Positions 25,351 to 37,986 of a DNA stretch of 64,000 nt are shown one piece after another. The stretch's first letter is position 1. Every line of letters starts with the position of its first letter. The DNA lies in assembly GCA_951406725.2 (NCBI GenBank), contig OX597825.1:79794001-79858000 (forward strand), read 5' to 3'. The notes below the pieces were generated by a model that did not search any database, was not told the origin of the DNA, and worked only from the letters and a program-made list of their open reading frames with translations. Source of the DNA: Octopus vulgaris (lineage: Eukaryota). The translations under genes were made by a program, and so were the position numbers.

Positions 25351-26318
25351 GTAAGTAAATTAAAACACACACACAAATATACTAATATACCCGTGTCATC
25401 AAAAATTATTCTATTTTAAAAGAAAAAAAACTTAAACAGGTATTTAATTACAGCAATGACATAGCATTCATTCTAAAAAGAAGGCAAGATATAAAAGAAA
25501 TTTGTAGTGTCTTCACTTGACAGCTGTTTCAGGAAGTCAAGATTTATGTTACGCTTGGTTTCCTTAGTATACATTCTATATATTTGAATATAAACTTGAA
25601 TGCAAAGAACTTGAAAATATTCATCTGTAAGGAATTGAACTTAAGGCTCTTTTCATTAGTTCTACCTCTGAACTATGCAATAAATAGTGATGTAAACAAT
25701 AAGTATTAAATTAATAAGTTAGAAGACAAAGAAGAAATAAGGTACTTAGAAATCTGGATGGTTTTATATTTACAGATTTTTATTAATATGTCACATGTTT
25801 TTATAAATCATATATTAGCACTTGCATCATCTCTAGTAGAATCTCCAGATTTGAATGTACATCACCTCCAAACCTTCTAATATATATATATCGTCATCAT
25901 CATTATCGTCATTTAATGTTTGCTTTCCATGCTTCTGTCTTCTATTCATCTGTCTTACTATCACTGATAGTATTACATTACCTGGACAGTCAAAATGATA
26001 ATGTCTACAGACTAATGTTCTTTAGGACATTTTTCTAATATAGAGAAAATAGTTTTAAATAATTTTAATCATTATAATTTAGAGATTTAAAAAAATCTAT
26101 AGATTTAAATTTTAAAAATTTATAGATTTAAAAAATAAAATCTGTCAACTGGTGAGTCAGGTTGGAGTAAGCTATTCTACACTGACGAGTTCTAATAGAC
26201 TGAAATATGTCCATAGTTATCCTTTGCTTCAATTTTGGATCAGATGTTCCTGTATCATGTATTCTGGGAGTTCTAGAATGATTGAGTGGTATTTCTCTCT
26301 TCTTTCACCCACCCCCAG

Positions 26319-26387
26319 TACTTATTCGCCTTCTCTCATAGTTCTTCACGTCTTTTAGTTGTGGGGAAAGACCATGTTGTTTTTCAG
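26319..26387 (+). CDS. Unidentified membrane-protein gene, exon 3 (GC donor)
   Basis: tttctctcttctttcacccacccccag| ... CAG|GCAAGT; 69 nt, phase 0 to 0; YLFAFSHSSSRLLVVGKDHVVFQ. Confidence 0.6.
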
Positions 26388-26714
26388 GCAAGTTTAACAT
26401 TTTCTCCACAAACTACAAACAAGCCTGCCTCCCTTCTTTTACTTTTTTTCATACAAAAACTGATGCTAATTTCGAACAGGGTATAGCTGTGAAAAGAGCC
26501 TAGAAAATTGGGTAATACAAAATGGGTGGGGAAGAAAAGTTGCTAACAGGTGGCTACATGAAATTCAGCTCTATACTTTAAAGAGTGCCTTCTACTGTAG
26601 CTTTGGACTGATCAAAGCCTCGTGTGTGAATTTGGTAGACGGAAACTAAAAGAAGCCCGTCATATATATATATATGTGTGTGTTCCCCACAACCATTGCT
26701 TGACAATCGATGTT

Positions 26715-27970
26715 AGAATCGAAGGGCCTTAGAGTAAACCTAGCTAAAACCAAAGTCCTAATAAGTAGGAAGGCAGACAAACCACAAATCCCTTCAGGTA
26801 GATGGCCCTGCTCGATCTGTAGAAAAGGTGTAGGTAGAAACTCTATAAGATGCACCAAGTGTAAGTAATGGACACATAAGAGGTGCAGCAATATCAAAGG
26901 AAGGCTAACTGGGAAGATAGCTTTTGTATGTGGCAGATGCTTAGGAGCAATAAACCCTGAAAATGTGCAGAGAACAACTTCTGCCACATTCCAGGGAGAA
27001 AAACTAGAAGTAGTTGATAGCTTCCGTTACCTGGGTGACCAAGTCAGTAGCGGGGGAGGGTGCACTGAATGTGTAGCTGCTAGAATAAGAATAGCCTGGG
27101 TAAAGTTCAGAGAGCTCTTACCTCTGCTGTTGAGAAAGGGTCTCTTGCCCAGAGTAAAAGGTAGACTGTATGACGCATGTGTACAAACAGCCATGCTACA
27201 TGGGCCGTGACTGCTGTGGACATGCATAAGCTCTCAAGGAATGAAGCCAGTATGCTCCGATGGATGTGTAATGTCAGTGAGCATACTTGACAGAGTGTAA
27301 GTACCTTGAGAGAAAACTTAGACCTAAGAAGCATCAGATGTGTTGTGCAAGAGAGACGACTGGCCATGTGGCAAGAATGGATTGTGGATAGCTGTGTGCA
27401 AAAGTGCCACACCCTAGCAGTTGAGGGAACCCGTGGAAGAGGTAGACCCAGGAAAACCTGGGATGAGGTGGTGAAGCATGACCTTCGAACATTGGGCCTC
27501 ACCGAGGCCATGACTAGTGACTGGGAGCTTTGGAAATATGCTGTGCGTGAGAAGACTCAGCAAGCCAAGTGAGACCATATGTGGCCTATGCCATGAGTGT
27601 AACCAGCCCACTTATATAATGCGTAACTTTCCTTCATTGGATACTAAACTCTGCTTGCGAAAACCTGTTGAGGCAAGTGAAATCGAAATTGAAATCAAAT
27701 TCAATGGCTGGCATCTGTGCTAGTGGAGTGCTAAGAGTACCATTCAAGCATGATCGTTGCCAGTACTGCCTCACTGGACCTCATGCCGATGGCGCGTAAA
27801 AGCACCCACTACACTCTCGGAAAGGTTGACGTTAGGAAGGGCATCCAACTGTAGAAACTCTGCCAGATCAGATTGGAGCCTGGTGCAGCCATCTGGTTTG
27901 CCAGACCTTAGTCAAATCATCCAACCCATCCTAGAATGGAAAGCGGACGTTAAACGATGATGATGATGAC
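26715..27970 (+). mobile_element. 5'-truncated RTE LINE with frameshifts
   Basis: GRWPCSICRKGVGRNSIRC; ORFs 26965-27210 (EVVDSFRYLGD) and 27306-27572; (GAT)n tail. Confidence 0.92.
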
Positions 27971-27997
27971 GCACATATACATGTGCATATATATATT

Positions 27998-28416
27998 ACT
28001 TTACTCTTACTCTTTTACTCTTTTACTTGTTTCAGTCATTTGACTGTGGCCATGCTGGAGCACCGCCTTTAATCGAGCAACTCGACCCCGGGACTTATTC
28101 TTTGTAAGCCCAGTACTTATTCTATCGGTCTCTTTTGCCGAACCGCTAAGTGACGGGGATATAAACACACCAGCATCGGTTGTCAAGCAATGCTAGGGGG
28201 ACAAACACAGACACACATACATATACACACATACAGACACATATATACATATATATGACGGGATTCTTTCAGTTTCCGTCTACCAAATCCACTCACAAGG
28301 CTTTGGTCGGCCCGAGGCTATAGTAGAAGACACTTGCCCAAGATGCCACGCAGTGGGACTGAACCCAAAACCATGTGATTGGTAAACAAGCTACTTACCA
28401 CACAGCCACTCCTGCG

Positions 28417-28420
<4 letters not shown>
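27998..28420 (-). mobile_element. Full-length OK/OR-type SINE
   Basis: Same sequence as 6853-7258; head taggcgcaggagtggctgtgtggtaagtag on the - strand. Confidence 0.87.
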
Positions 28421-28463
<43 letters not shown>

Positions 28464-28638
28464 ATAAATATTAGGGAATAAATCCAAATTTACAGGGAAA
28501 AAATCAGATTTAGGATTAAATCCAATTTTATAGTAAAATATTATATAATATTAATTCGAGACAAAACCACTATTTTGCAAAACAAACAAGGAAAGACTTA
28601 ATCAATACATAAAATTTTAATATAAAGTAAATAAACCG

Positions 28639-28682
28639 CCACTACAATCGTTTCATGTCTTCAAATGACATTCGTCAGGTGG
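28639..28682 (-). ncRNA. Minimal type I hammerhead ribozyme (mirror copy)
   Basis: Exact reverse complement of 28844-28887. Confidence 0.85.
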
Positions 28683-28843
28683 ATTTCCGATTTTCAAATC
28701 AATTTCTGGTCTGACAGAGTTTCTACAGCTGGATGCCCTTCATAATGCCAACCACATATATTAAAAGAAGAGGAAAACAAGGCCAAGGCAGGACAAGCTT
28801 ATCAGATCATTTATAAATTGAAACTGATTTGAAAATCGGAAAT

Positions 28844-28887
28844 CCACCTGACGAATGTCATTTGAAGACATGAAACGATTGTAGTGG
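28844..28887 (+). ncRNA. Minimal type I hammerhead ribozyme (predicted cleavage after GUA, A28883)
   Basis: CCAC-CTGACGA-ATGTC atttgaa GACAT-GAAAC-GATT-GTA-GTGG. All core nucleotides present, 4-bp stem I, 5-bp stem II, quasi-palindromic stem III ACGATTGT. Confidence 0.85.
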
Positions 28888-28985
28888 CGGTTTATTTACT
28901 TTATATTAAAATTTTATGTATTGGTTAAGTCTTTCCTTGTTTGTTTTGAAAATTGTTTGTTTTAAAATAGTGGTTTTGTCTCGAA

Positions 28986-29046
<61 letters not shown>

Positions 29047-29745
29047 TATATACATATATATATGATGATGATCATCATCATCGATTAATGTCCGTTTTCC
29101 ATGCTAGCATGGGTTGGATGGTTTGACTAAAGTCTGGAGAGCCAGTGGCTGCACCAGGCTCCAATCTGGTCTGACAGAGTTTCTACAGCTGGATGCCCTT
29201 CATAATGCCAACCACATATATTAAAAGAAGAGGAAAACAAGGCCAAGGCAGAACAAGCTTATCAGATCATTTAAATTTTAATTATAATAATGGTGTATTG
29301 AAGTAAATATTGTCCTACAGCTATTTCTAGGATATCCCAGATAATATGTTGATCTGCATTTCCTTATACTGGGTATTCCATCATTGGAGACAAGATATAT
29401 ATGCAGCAAATTTCAATGTGGAGATGTAGATAGAAAATTTGATGTAGAGAAAAGCATGAAGGTCAAAGCTCATAGTTCATCTTGTTCAGGAGGGTGTGGG
29501 GGGTTTATCCATATTTCCCTGAAGGTGTACCTCCATACTTATAATACTAGGTAAGTCTATAGTTCAGAAAGCAGGTAAGTAATGCATCCAATTGAAAAAA
29601 TGGGATCTAGCAGTTTAATTCATACCCTCTGACTCAGAAGTAGGGTATGGATCCCTATTGTGAACTTGGAGCCTAGTGGTTTATCAATTGGAGCACTTAC
29701 AGAACATGCCTCTTATGACCACCAGTGGCCTAAACTCTTTCCTAT

Positions 29746-29807
<62 letters not shown>

Positions 29808-30049
29808 CACATGCACACACACACACACACACACATGTATGTATACATATAGGTGATGGAATAGGTGTGTTTATATGTGTACACAACTTCAAACCAATCT
29901 TGGAAACATAGTACTGGCCTGTACACTGTAAACGTTTTACTACTATTGTCATCAATAGCCTAGTGATCATCATCATCATTGTTATCATCATCATCAAATT
30001 GTTTTAAATATTGCTCTGTTGTTAACTTTTCTGAATCATTCTGTTTTAG

Positions 30050-30137
30050 GCATTTGTTCAAAATCACTATCTTCAAGAAATGTATGTTGCTAAGTGCCAG
30101 GCAGATTGTTCAACAGTTCATTCTGAATTAAAAAGAT
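30050..30137 (+). CDS. Unidentified membrane-protein gene, exon 4
   Basis: cattctgttttag| ... T|GTAAGA; 88 nt, phase 0 to 1; AFVQNHYLQEMYVAKCQADCSTVHSELKR(W). Confidence 0.7.
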
Positions 30138-31623
30138 GTAAGATTTTCCTTTAGAAATGATCTTTTTTCTTTTCTTTTCTTTTCTTGCATTCATCTTTAA
30201 AATCCTTGTATACAACACACATCACACACACAAAGAAGCATAATAATTGTAAGATTAATATGCTCAACAACTAAGATCAATATTATCAGTTCAAATTTTA
30301 TTGTTGCTATTCAATCCCTAGGAAAGACACATTATTATACATTTAGTGGTTCAATCCACAGTTGTGTAGTCAGCAATAAGAAAGAAAAACAGCAGTAAAA
30401 TCAATATCTCCAGTCAATCACATGTCATTAGTGAAATTTTCGACAACTTTTCCAATCAGTGTTGACACATGAAAATGGATATAAAAAAATTGTTCTGAGT
30501 TTAAAACATTGTATAATCTAAGGGTTGATACACTACCTGATGCATACAAACAATTCTTGATTAATTGAAATTTCCTTTTTATGTAGGGAAAGAAAATAAA
30601 AATCTAGTTGCAATTGTTGGCAACTCTCAAGGAAAAGGGGAGATAATTTTTAAAAATTTAGAATTGATTTTTCAAAGTAATTGCAGGTGAGAAGTGCAAA
30701 GATGAGTGTTCTGTCTGTTAGGCATCGGTATAGCTTAGTTACTCCAAGTTACAATGTTTTTAATATGTAAAAATAGTTACAAATAATTTTAGGCTGGTAT
30801 ATTTTCAATAATTAAATAAAAAATATGAGCTAAGGTTGATAACTCAAATGGACCTATGGCATGGATTTATATAAAATAAATTATAAAGATGACATTCTGA
30901 ATTCTATATACAAAAATTCTAAATTAAGAGAAAATTTCACACTAAACTAAAGATATAAAATAAAATTCTGTAGTAATTTTTAGTAACAAAACTGATTATA
31001 TACTATCTATGGCATGAAAATTATAAACAGTAAAATTAAATTCAATTTAAAAGATATTGTCAAAATTTTGAGTATTTCCATACATGAAATAAAGACAGCT
31101 ACTGCACTTGTAGCAATATGTAATGCCCTGACTTATATGCACACATTTCATGCCTATCTGTTTACTAGAATTTTGTTGGTTCTAGCTATGATGGCTTTTT
31201 GTTAATCTCATGATTTATTCAAATTTATAACTAGACATATGTAAACTTGCATGTTGCTGGGAAAACAGCATATGTGTTTGTGAATATATATGAAACTACT
31301 ACTAGAAATAAGAATATGCAGACAAATTTCTACTGGTAGCTACATCAGTATATATATGACGAACCTAAGTGTGACTGAAGTGATGTACTAAAAGTTCAAG
31401 TAATCATTTTCGACCATAAATCTACTTGGAGTTTAATTAGTCTGGCTTTATATTAAGTATATGTACATTAAAAATAGGGTGTTGTTGTTAAATCTTAGCA
31501 AGGGAGCACTGAATCATAGCAAGGAGCATTGATCAAAGAAAAGGGGTTACAGTTAAATAAAATTTTGGAAGACCTGTTGTAAGACATCAACCTTTTTTAT
31601 ATCTATCATATAATTTGCCATTA

Positions 31624-32528
31624 TATGAGGCGGTATCAAAAAGTTCCAACACTAGTTATATTTGATAAAAAATAACTTATTTACCTATCTTTAAACATCA
31701 TCACCTTTGAAATGGTCACCTTGTGCAGCAATAGACTGGTCCCAGCATTCCTGCCACTTTTGGGATCTGGCCTGAAAGTTGTTTTCCATAAGTGAGTCAA
31801 GCACCTTCTGTAATTTACTGTGGACCTTGATAGTGGTGTTAAAACAGTAACCTTTGAGCTACATTTTCATCTTGGAGAAGAGATTAAAGGCTGCAGGTGC
31901 TAAATCTAGTGAATATGGCAGATGTGGAAGCAATACCATGCTGTTTTTGGTGAGAAACTCACAAGTGAGGAGAGCTCAATGACAGGGTGTATTGTCATCA
32001 TGTAGAATCTAATTCTTCGTACTCTACAAATTTGATCAGTTTTGCCAAATGTCTTCCCTCAAATGCTTCAGAAGGTTATTAGTTGTCCTCTGACGATCCT
32101 CATGTATAAACTGATGAATTTTCTCCCACATTTCCAGGGGTGATGTTCATGGTAGGTCTTCCAGATTGCTTGTCTTCTAGGGATGTTTTGCTTTTGAAGC
32201 ACCTATACCACTCGAAACATTGTGTATGACCCATTGCCTCATCACCATAAGTTTACCAAAGCATGCTCAATGTCTCTGTAGCAGACTTCCCAAGTTTAAT
32301 GCTAAATTTCATGTTGGCTCTTTGTTTCTCTCATGACAAAATCACAGACTACAGCAGACACAAAATCACAAAAACAAAAATTGCACAACGTGCAAACTAA
32401 ACACAGTGATTTCACTTGGTACACCATCCTATGAAGGTTGCTTCTAGGTGTCACTGCACACACAACCATGTGCTGCCATCTGTTGGCAGACTACAGAGCT
32501 AGTCTGGGAACTTTTTGATATGTATGTA
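31624..32528 (-). mobile_element. Decayed mariner element
   Basis: TIR-like ends tatgaggcggtatcaaaaagttcc and ggaactttttgata; body homologous to 55733-56637. Confidence 0.75.
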
Positions 32529-32534
32529 TTCTAT

Positions 32535-33128
32535 CACCTCAAATCATGTTAAAATGACCTTTGAGGTGCAGTTTCATCTTGGGGAAGAGATGGAAATCTG
32601 TGGGTGCTAAATCTGGTGAATAAGTTGGGTTTGGAAGCAATATGACGTTGTTTAGGGCGAGAAACTCACGAGTGAAGAGTGCATTGTTGTTGTGAAGAAT
32701 CCAATTCTTTGTGCTCCACAGATCCAGTTGCTTTCGCTGAATGTCTTCCATCAAACATTTCAAAATGTTACAGTAGAACACTCAATTGAAGGTCTAGCCC
32801 TGAGGGATGAACTCTTGATGCACAGTACCACATTTCTGGGGATGATGCACATGGCAGGTCTTCCAGATCGCTCACCGTCTTTCAGGGACTATAATAAACT
32901 TCTCAAATTTAACATAAATTTCTTGTTGGTTCTTTGCTTCTATCCATGACAAAATCACTACAGCATACACGTGACCATAAAAACACAAATTTCAAAACTT
33001 GCAAAGTAAACACACCAATATTACTCGATGCACTGCCTTATGAAGGTCACTGCTAGCTCTCACTGTGCACACAAACATGTGCTGGCATCTGCAGAACTAG
33101 TCCAAGAACTTTTTGATACCACCTCATA
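32535..33128 (-). mobile_element. Second partial mariner copy
   Basis: ORF 32539-32781 WILHNNNA..PTYSPDLAPTDFHLFPKMK; ends gaactttttgataccacctcata. Confidence 0.8.
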
Positions 33129-33707
33129 TGTTAAAATTAACCCTTTTGTTGTCACTGTACATGTATCCTCTGAGTATTTTCCACGCATCTTATCTACTTT
33201 GGTCCATTTGCACAATCTTTAGCTGATTATATACATCTAGGTAGCAATTATTAATTATCTGTCATTTCTTATTACTTTCCTCACCTGTCATAGGTATTTG
33301 TTTTCATAACTGCTCTTGCATCTGGTTACTCAAGTGCAATGATTCTCAAAGTATACAATAACCTTGAAGGGATTTAATCAAATGTATCAATTCCTGTACT
33401 TACCTTTTTTTTTAAGCCTGGTGCTTAGTATATCAGTCTCTTATGCAGAACTGCTAAGTTACAGGAATGTAAACAAATCAACAATGGTTGTCAAGTGGTG
33501 ATGAGCTTCTCTCAGTTTCTGTCAACCAGATGTTCTTAATACACATATATTAAAAATGGAGAGTGGAGTACATTGGCTCATAGCAAGGGTGTGCTGCATT
33601 GATAAAGTATTAGGAATAGGAAAAGAGGTAGTAGCTAAAATCACTGTATCAGTACATTTGCTAAATTACCAGAGATACTCTGCATACAATATATATATAT
33701 ATATATC

Positions 33708-35716
33708 ATCATTATCATCATCATCATTTAGCGTCCGTTTTCCATGCTAGCATGGGTTAGACGGTTCAACTGGGGTCTGTGAAGCTGGAAGGCTTCATTA
33801 GGCCCAGTCAGATCTGGCAGTATTTCTACGGCTGGATGCCCTTCCTAACGCCAACCACTCCGTGAGTGTAGTGGGTGCTTTTTACGTGCCACACGCACAG
33901 GGGCCAGGCGAGGCTGGCAGTGGACACGAACGGATGGTGCTTTTACGTGCCACCGGCACGGGGGCCAGGCGAGGCTGGTAACGGACACGAACGGATGGTG
34001 CTTTTACATGCCACCAGCACGGGGGCCAGGTGAGGCTGGCAACGGCCATGAACGGATGGTGCTTTTACGTGCCACCGGCACGGGGCCAGGCGAGGCTGGC
34101 AACGGACACGAGCGGATGGTGCTTTTACGTGCCACCGGCATGGGGGCCAGGCGAGGCTGGCAACGGACACGAACGGATGGTGCTTTTACATGCCACCGGC
34201 ACGGGGGCCAGGCGAGGCTGGCAGTGGACACGAACGGATGGTGCTTTTACGTGCCACCGGCACGGGGCCAGGCGAGGCTGGCAACGGACACGAGCGGATG
34301 GTGCTTTTACGTGCCACCGGCATGGGGGCCAGGCGAGGCTGGTAACGGACACGAACGGATGGTGCTTTTACATGCCACCGGCACGGGGGCCAGGCGAGGC
34401 TGGCAGTGGACACGAACGGATGGTGCTTTTACATGCCACCGGCACGGAGGCCAGACGGGGCGGCGCCAGCAACGACTACGTTCGGATGGTTCGCTTAATC
34501 ACAGCTGCAATTTCCACTGATGTTGATCGACCTCAATTTTGGTTCTGCTTTCTGATATCTGATTTGATTTGGTTTGGTTTGATTTTGATTTTGACTGTTC
34601 TCACTGGTCTTGTTGGGTCTTCTCACACACAACATACTTCCATAGGTCTCGGTCTCTAGTCATTTCCTTGGTGAGACCTAAAGTTCGAAGGTCGTGCTTC
34701 ACCACCTCGTCCCAGGTTTTCCTAGGTCTACCTCTTCCACAGGTCACCTCAACTGCCAGGGTGTGGCACTTTTTCACACACCTATCTTCCTCCATTCTCG
34801 CCACATGACCATACCAGCGCAATCGTCTCTCTTGCACACAACAACTGATACTTCTTAGGTCCAACTTTTCTCTCAAGGTACTTACACTCTGTCGACTATG
34901 AACACTGACATTACACATCCAACAGAGCATACTAGCTTCATTTCTTGCGAGCTTACGCAAATCCTCAGCAGTCACAGCCCAAGTTTCACTACCATGTAGC
35001 ATGGCTGTACGTACACATGCATCATACAGTCTGCCTTTTACTTTGAGCGAGAGGCCTTTTGTCACCAGCAGGGGTAAGAGCTCTCTAAACTTTGCCCAGG
35101 CTATTCTTACTCTAGCAGGTACACTTTCAGCACACCCGCCCCCGCTACTGACTTGGTCACCTAGGTAGCGGAAGCTATCAACTACTTCTAGTTTTTCTCC
35201 CTGAAACGTGATAGAAGTTGGTCTCTGCATATTTTCAGAGTTTATTGCTCCTGAGCATCTGCCACAGATAAAAACTATTTTCCTAGTTAGTCTTCCTTTG
35301 ACATTACTACATCTCTTATGTGTCCATAGCTTACATTTGATGCATCTTATAGAGTTTCTACCTATGCCTTTTCTACAGATCGAGCAAGGCCATCTACCTG
35401 AAGGCGTTTGTGATTGGTCTACCTTCCTACTTATTAGGACTTTGGTTTTGGCTAGGTTGATTCTAAAGCCCTTCGATTCTAAACCTTGCTTCCACACCTG
35501 AAACTTCTCCTCCAGTTCTGATAGAGACTCAGCAATTAGAGCAAGGTCATCAGCATAGAGGAGCTCCCAGGGGCATCCTGTCTTGAATTCCTCCATTATT
35601 GCCTGGAGGACTATGATAAATAGGAGGGGACTGAGGACTGAACCTTGGTGAAGCCCAACCTCTACCCTGAATTCTTCACTGTACTCGATGCCAACCCTCA
35701 CCTTACTAGTAGCGTC
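33708..35716 (-). mobile_element. Young 5'-truncated RTE LINE with intact 366-aa RT C-terminal frame
   Basis: ORF 34601-35701: GLHQGSVLSPLLF, LLYADDL, internal CSIC..CIKC..H..C..CGRC module, GRGRPRKTW; (CAT)n tail at ~33708-33727. Confidence 0.95.
33880..34450. repeat. GC-rich ~61-bp minisatellite (~9 copies) in the LINE 3' UTR
   Basis: Unit gccaccggcacgggggccaggcgaggctggcaacggacacgaacggatggtgcttttac(a/g)t. Confidence 0.92.
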
Positions 35717-35963
35717 TATATATTTGGCTATTTGAAGTTTTTAAAGTTTCTCCTTGTATGGTTTCATACATAAATAAGCTAAATAAATTTCATATGAAAA
35801 GCAGTGTCCTAATCTGTATTGGAGGAGCAGAGAAAGTAAATGGCTTTCAATCATATTCTAATGATTTCATTTTAAATCCACTCTCCTTATAAAGCAATTA
35901 TTGTTTTATGATTATTAATTTTGAAATGTTTTCATGATTGGCAAATTTTTTGTTACTTTCTAG

Positions 35964-36041
35964 GGGTAAAGTGGAATGTGGTAGTTATACATAATAAGAT
36001 ATGCGACAAGTATGAATATTCTTTTGAAATAAAGCCTTATG
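35964..36041 (+). CDS. Unidentified membrane-protein gene, exon 5
   Basis: ttttttgttactttctag| ... G|GTAAGC; 78 nt, phase 1 to 1; VKWNVVVIHNKICDKYEYSFEIKPY(D). Confidence 0.75.
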
Positions 36042-37986
36042 GTAAGCACTACTTAAAGTTTAGAGCAAATTCTAAAGCAACAAATACATCATTCTTTCTT
36101 CCAACGGAAATGAATACAAAGTCAAGACTAGAGTTATCGACAACAGGAAAATTTTGGCTGGACAAGACTGTGAGTAAACCCTATATTAATTATTGAATTA
36201 GTTAGTTATTCAATTAGAAAAGAGTATAACTGCTTGACTCAACTCCAATATACTACTTGTTTTCAACGTGACAGACTGGTAGAATCATTTGCTGTTTAGT
36301 GGCATTTCATCCATCTTTACATTCAGAATACAAATTCTGTCTTTCATTCTTTCAGTGTCAGAAATACCATTTAAACACTGGGGTTCAATGTCTCAACTTA
36401 TCACCTCCCACAAACTTACTCAACTTGTTCCAAAATTTGAAACCAATTTATTACTTGTTTTTAGGGTTTCTGGATTTGAGTAAATAAAATAAGTTACATA
36501 CATGTATGCCCACACATAATTCAGTAAAACGCACTGCTGTGCATTGATGATTATTCTTTCCTCTTCTAGAAAGCAGATAGTTTGGATGAATGACTTAACA
36601 TCACTGTTCTGTGTTCACTTCATGCCAGGCCTAAGTTTACCATTTATCCTTTTTGCTGTTTATTCTGTGTTATGAAAGATGCTACTGGAACTATCTGTTC
36701 CCTATCCTACCTACAATGACCCCATCCTTCCTAACAGTCAACATTTTTTCTTTCTTCTCTTTACCTAACTGTCACTTAATGTTTTCTCTATTTCTACATT
36801 CAGTTCTACATGAATTTATGATTTAGAATAGAATAATATTTTCAAGATGAATATACTAAGATGACAAGACCAGTTTCCTTCTCTGCTACCATCATCTGTT
36901 GCTCAGCTGCTGAAAACATGGGCTTGTTGACTATTTATAAAGCTATCAATATTTGTAGAGGTAGAATTGCTGAGTGGATGGATAAGTTAATTATTTCTCA
37001 TCCGTTTAATTACTGGATCCAGAACAAAATGACACCTGTCTAAACCTATATAATTCCTGAGACATAATTTTGTTGCTTTTTTCTTTTACTTTAGATCAAA
37101 CTGAAAAACATGGAAACTTCCAAAATATATTCCTGTATTTATCTTCTTAAACAAAGTAATCCTTACCATGAGTGTTCATTGAGAAGTGGTAAGTTGATAG
37201 AAGGTATTTCTTATGTCACTTTATTAGAAACTATGAAGTAGTTCTACCTTGCTGCCTGTGTGGCTTTTACAAGTTGTTAATGATAAAAAAAGAGAGTGAG
37301 CAAGGTGAATTCTAAATGATTCATGCTGCTGTGTTGATTTACCATCAACAGTTAATCTTCCCAACACCAAAACCAGATTCCAACTGAAAGATGTAAAACT
37401 AAACAATATTTCATAGCTCTACATTGAGATTCTGTCATATATCCAGTTATAGTTGTCGGTGGTGATGGTAGTGGCAACGGCATTTTGATGTTAACTTTGC
37501 CATGCCTGCTTGAATCAGAAGAGAATTCATTAATTAGATTTTTTATGGATGGATGCTCTTCCTGTCACCAACCCTTACATGTTTCCAAATATTGTAATAT
37601 TTCATTATGGTCAGTATATAATTCGTGGAAGGTTTGATACAAAGACACAGCTTGTATGATGGTGATGTTCATTTTACAACTACTGTATGATGTTAAGGGG
37701 ACAAAACAACCTTCGTGTGTGTGTGTGTGTGTGAGTGATTTCAGTTTCTGTCTTTTAAATCCAGGGGCAATAGTGGAAGACACTTGCCTGTGATGCTATG
37801 CAGATAGCCTTCCTCAAATCTGAAATATTTTAGATAATAATACTATAACTGAGAGTATTGACCTGAACTATTTCTGTTTCATTTCTGAACTCCATTATAA
37901 CACATACAAACATTTTTCCAGCCAATTATTTTTGAAATCTATTTTTGAGAGGCAATGTCAGACAAAAAGAAAAGCTTTTTTGCTCC

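Larger units (their letters stand above)
28541..28997. repeat. Inverted repeat (~165-bp arms) between two (TA)n tracts; probable inverted PLE pseudo-LTR pair
   Basis: 28541-28705 is the reverse complement of 28820-28997, with a small duplication in the right arm. The spacer is a copy of 29165-29273. Confidence 0.9.

Noticed and set aside
25505-25535. Partial hammerhead half GAAAC-AGCT-GTC on the - strand (similar relic near 29312-29330)
   Set aside because: No convincing CUGANGA with matching stems I and II at a sensible distance.
33943-34659. Several overlapping 75-209-aa ORFs
   Set aside because: Produced by the GC-rich 61-bp minisatellite in a LINE 3' UTR.
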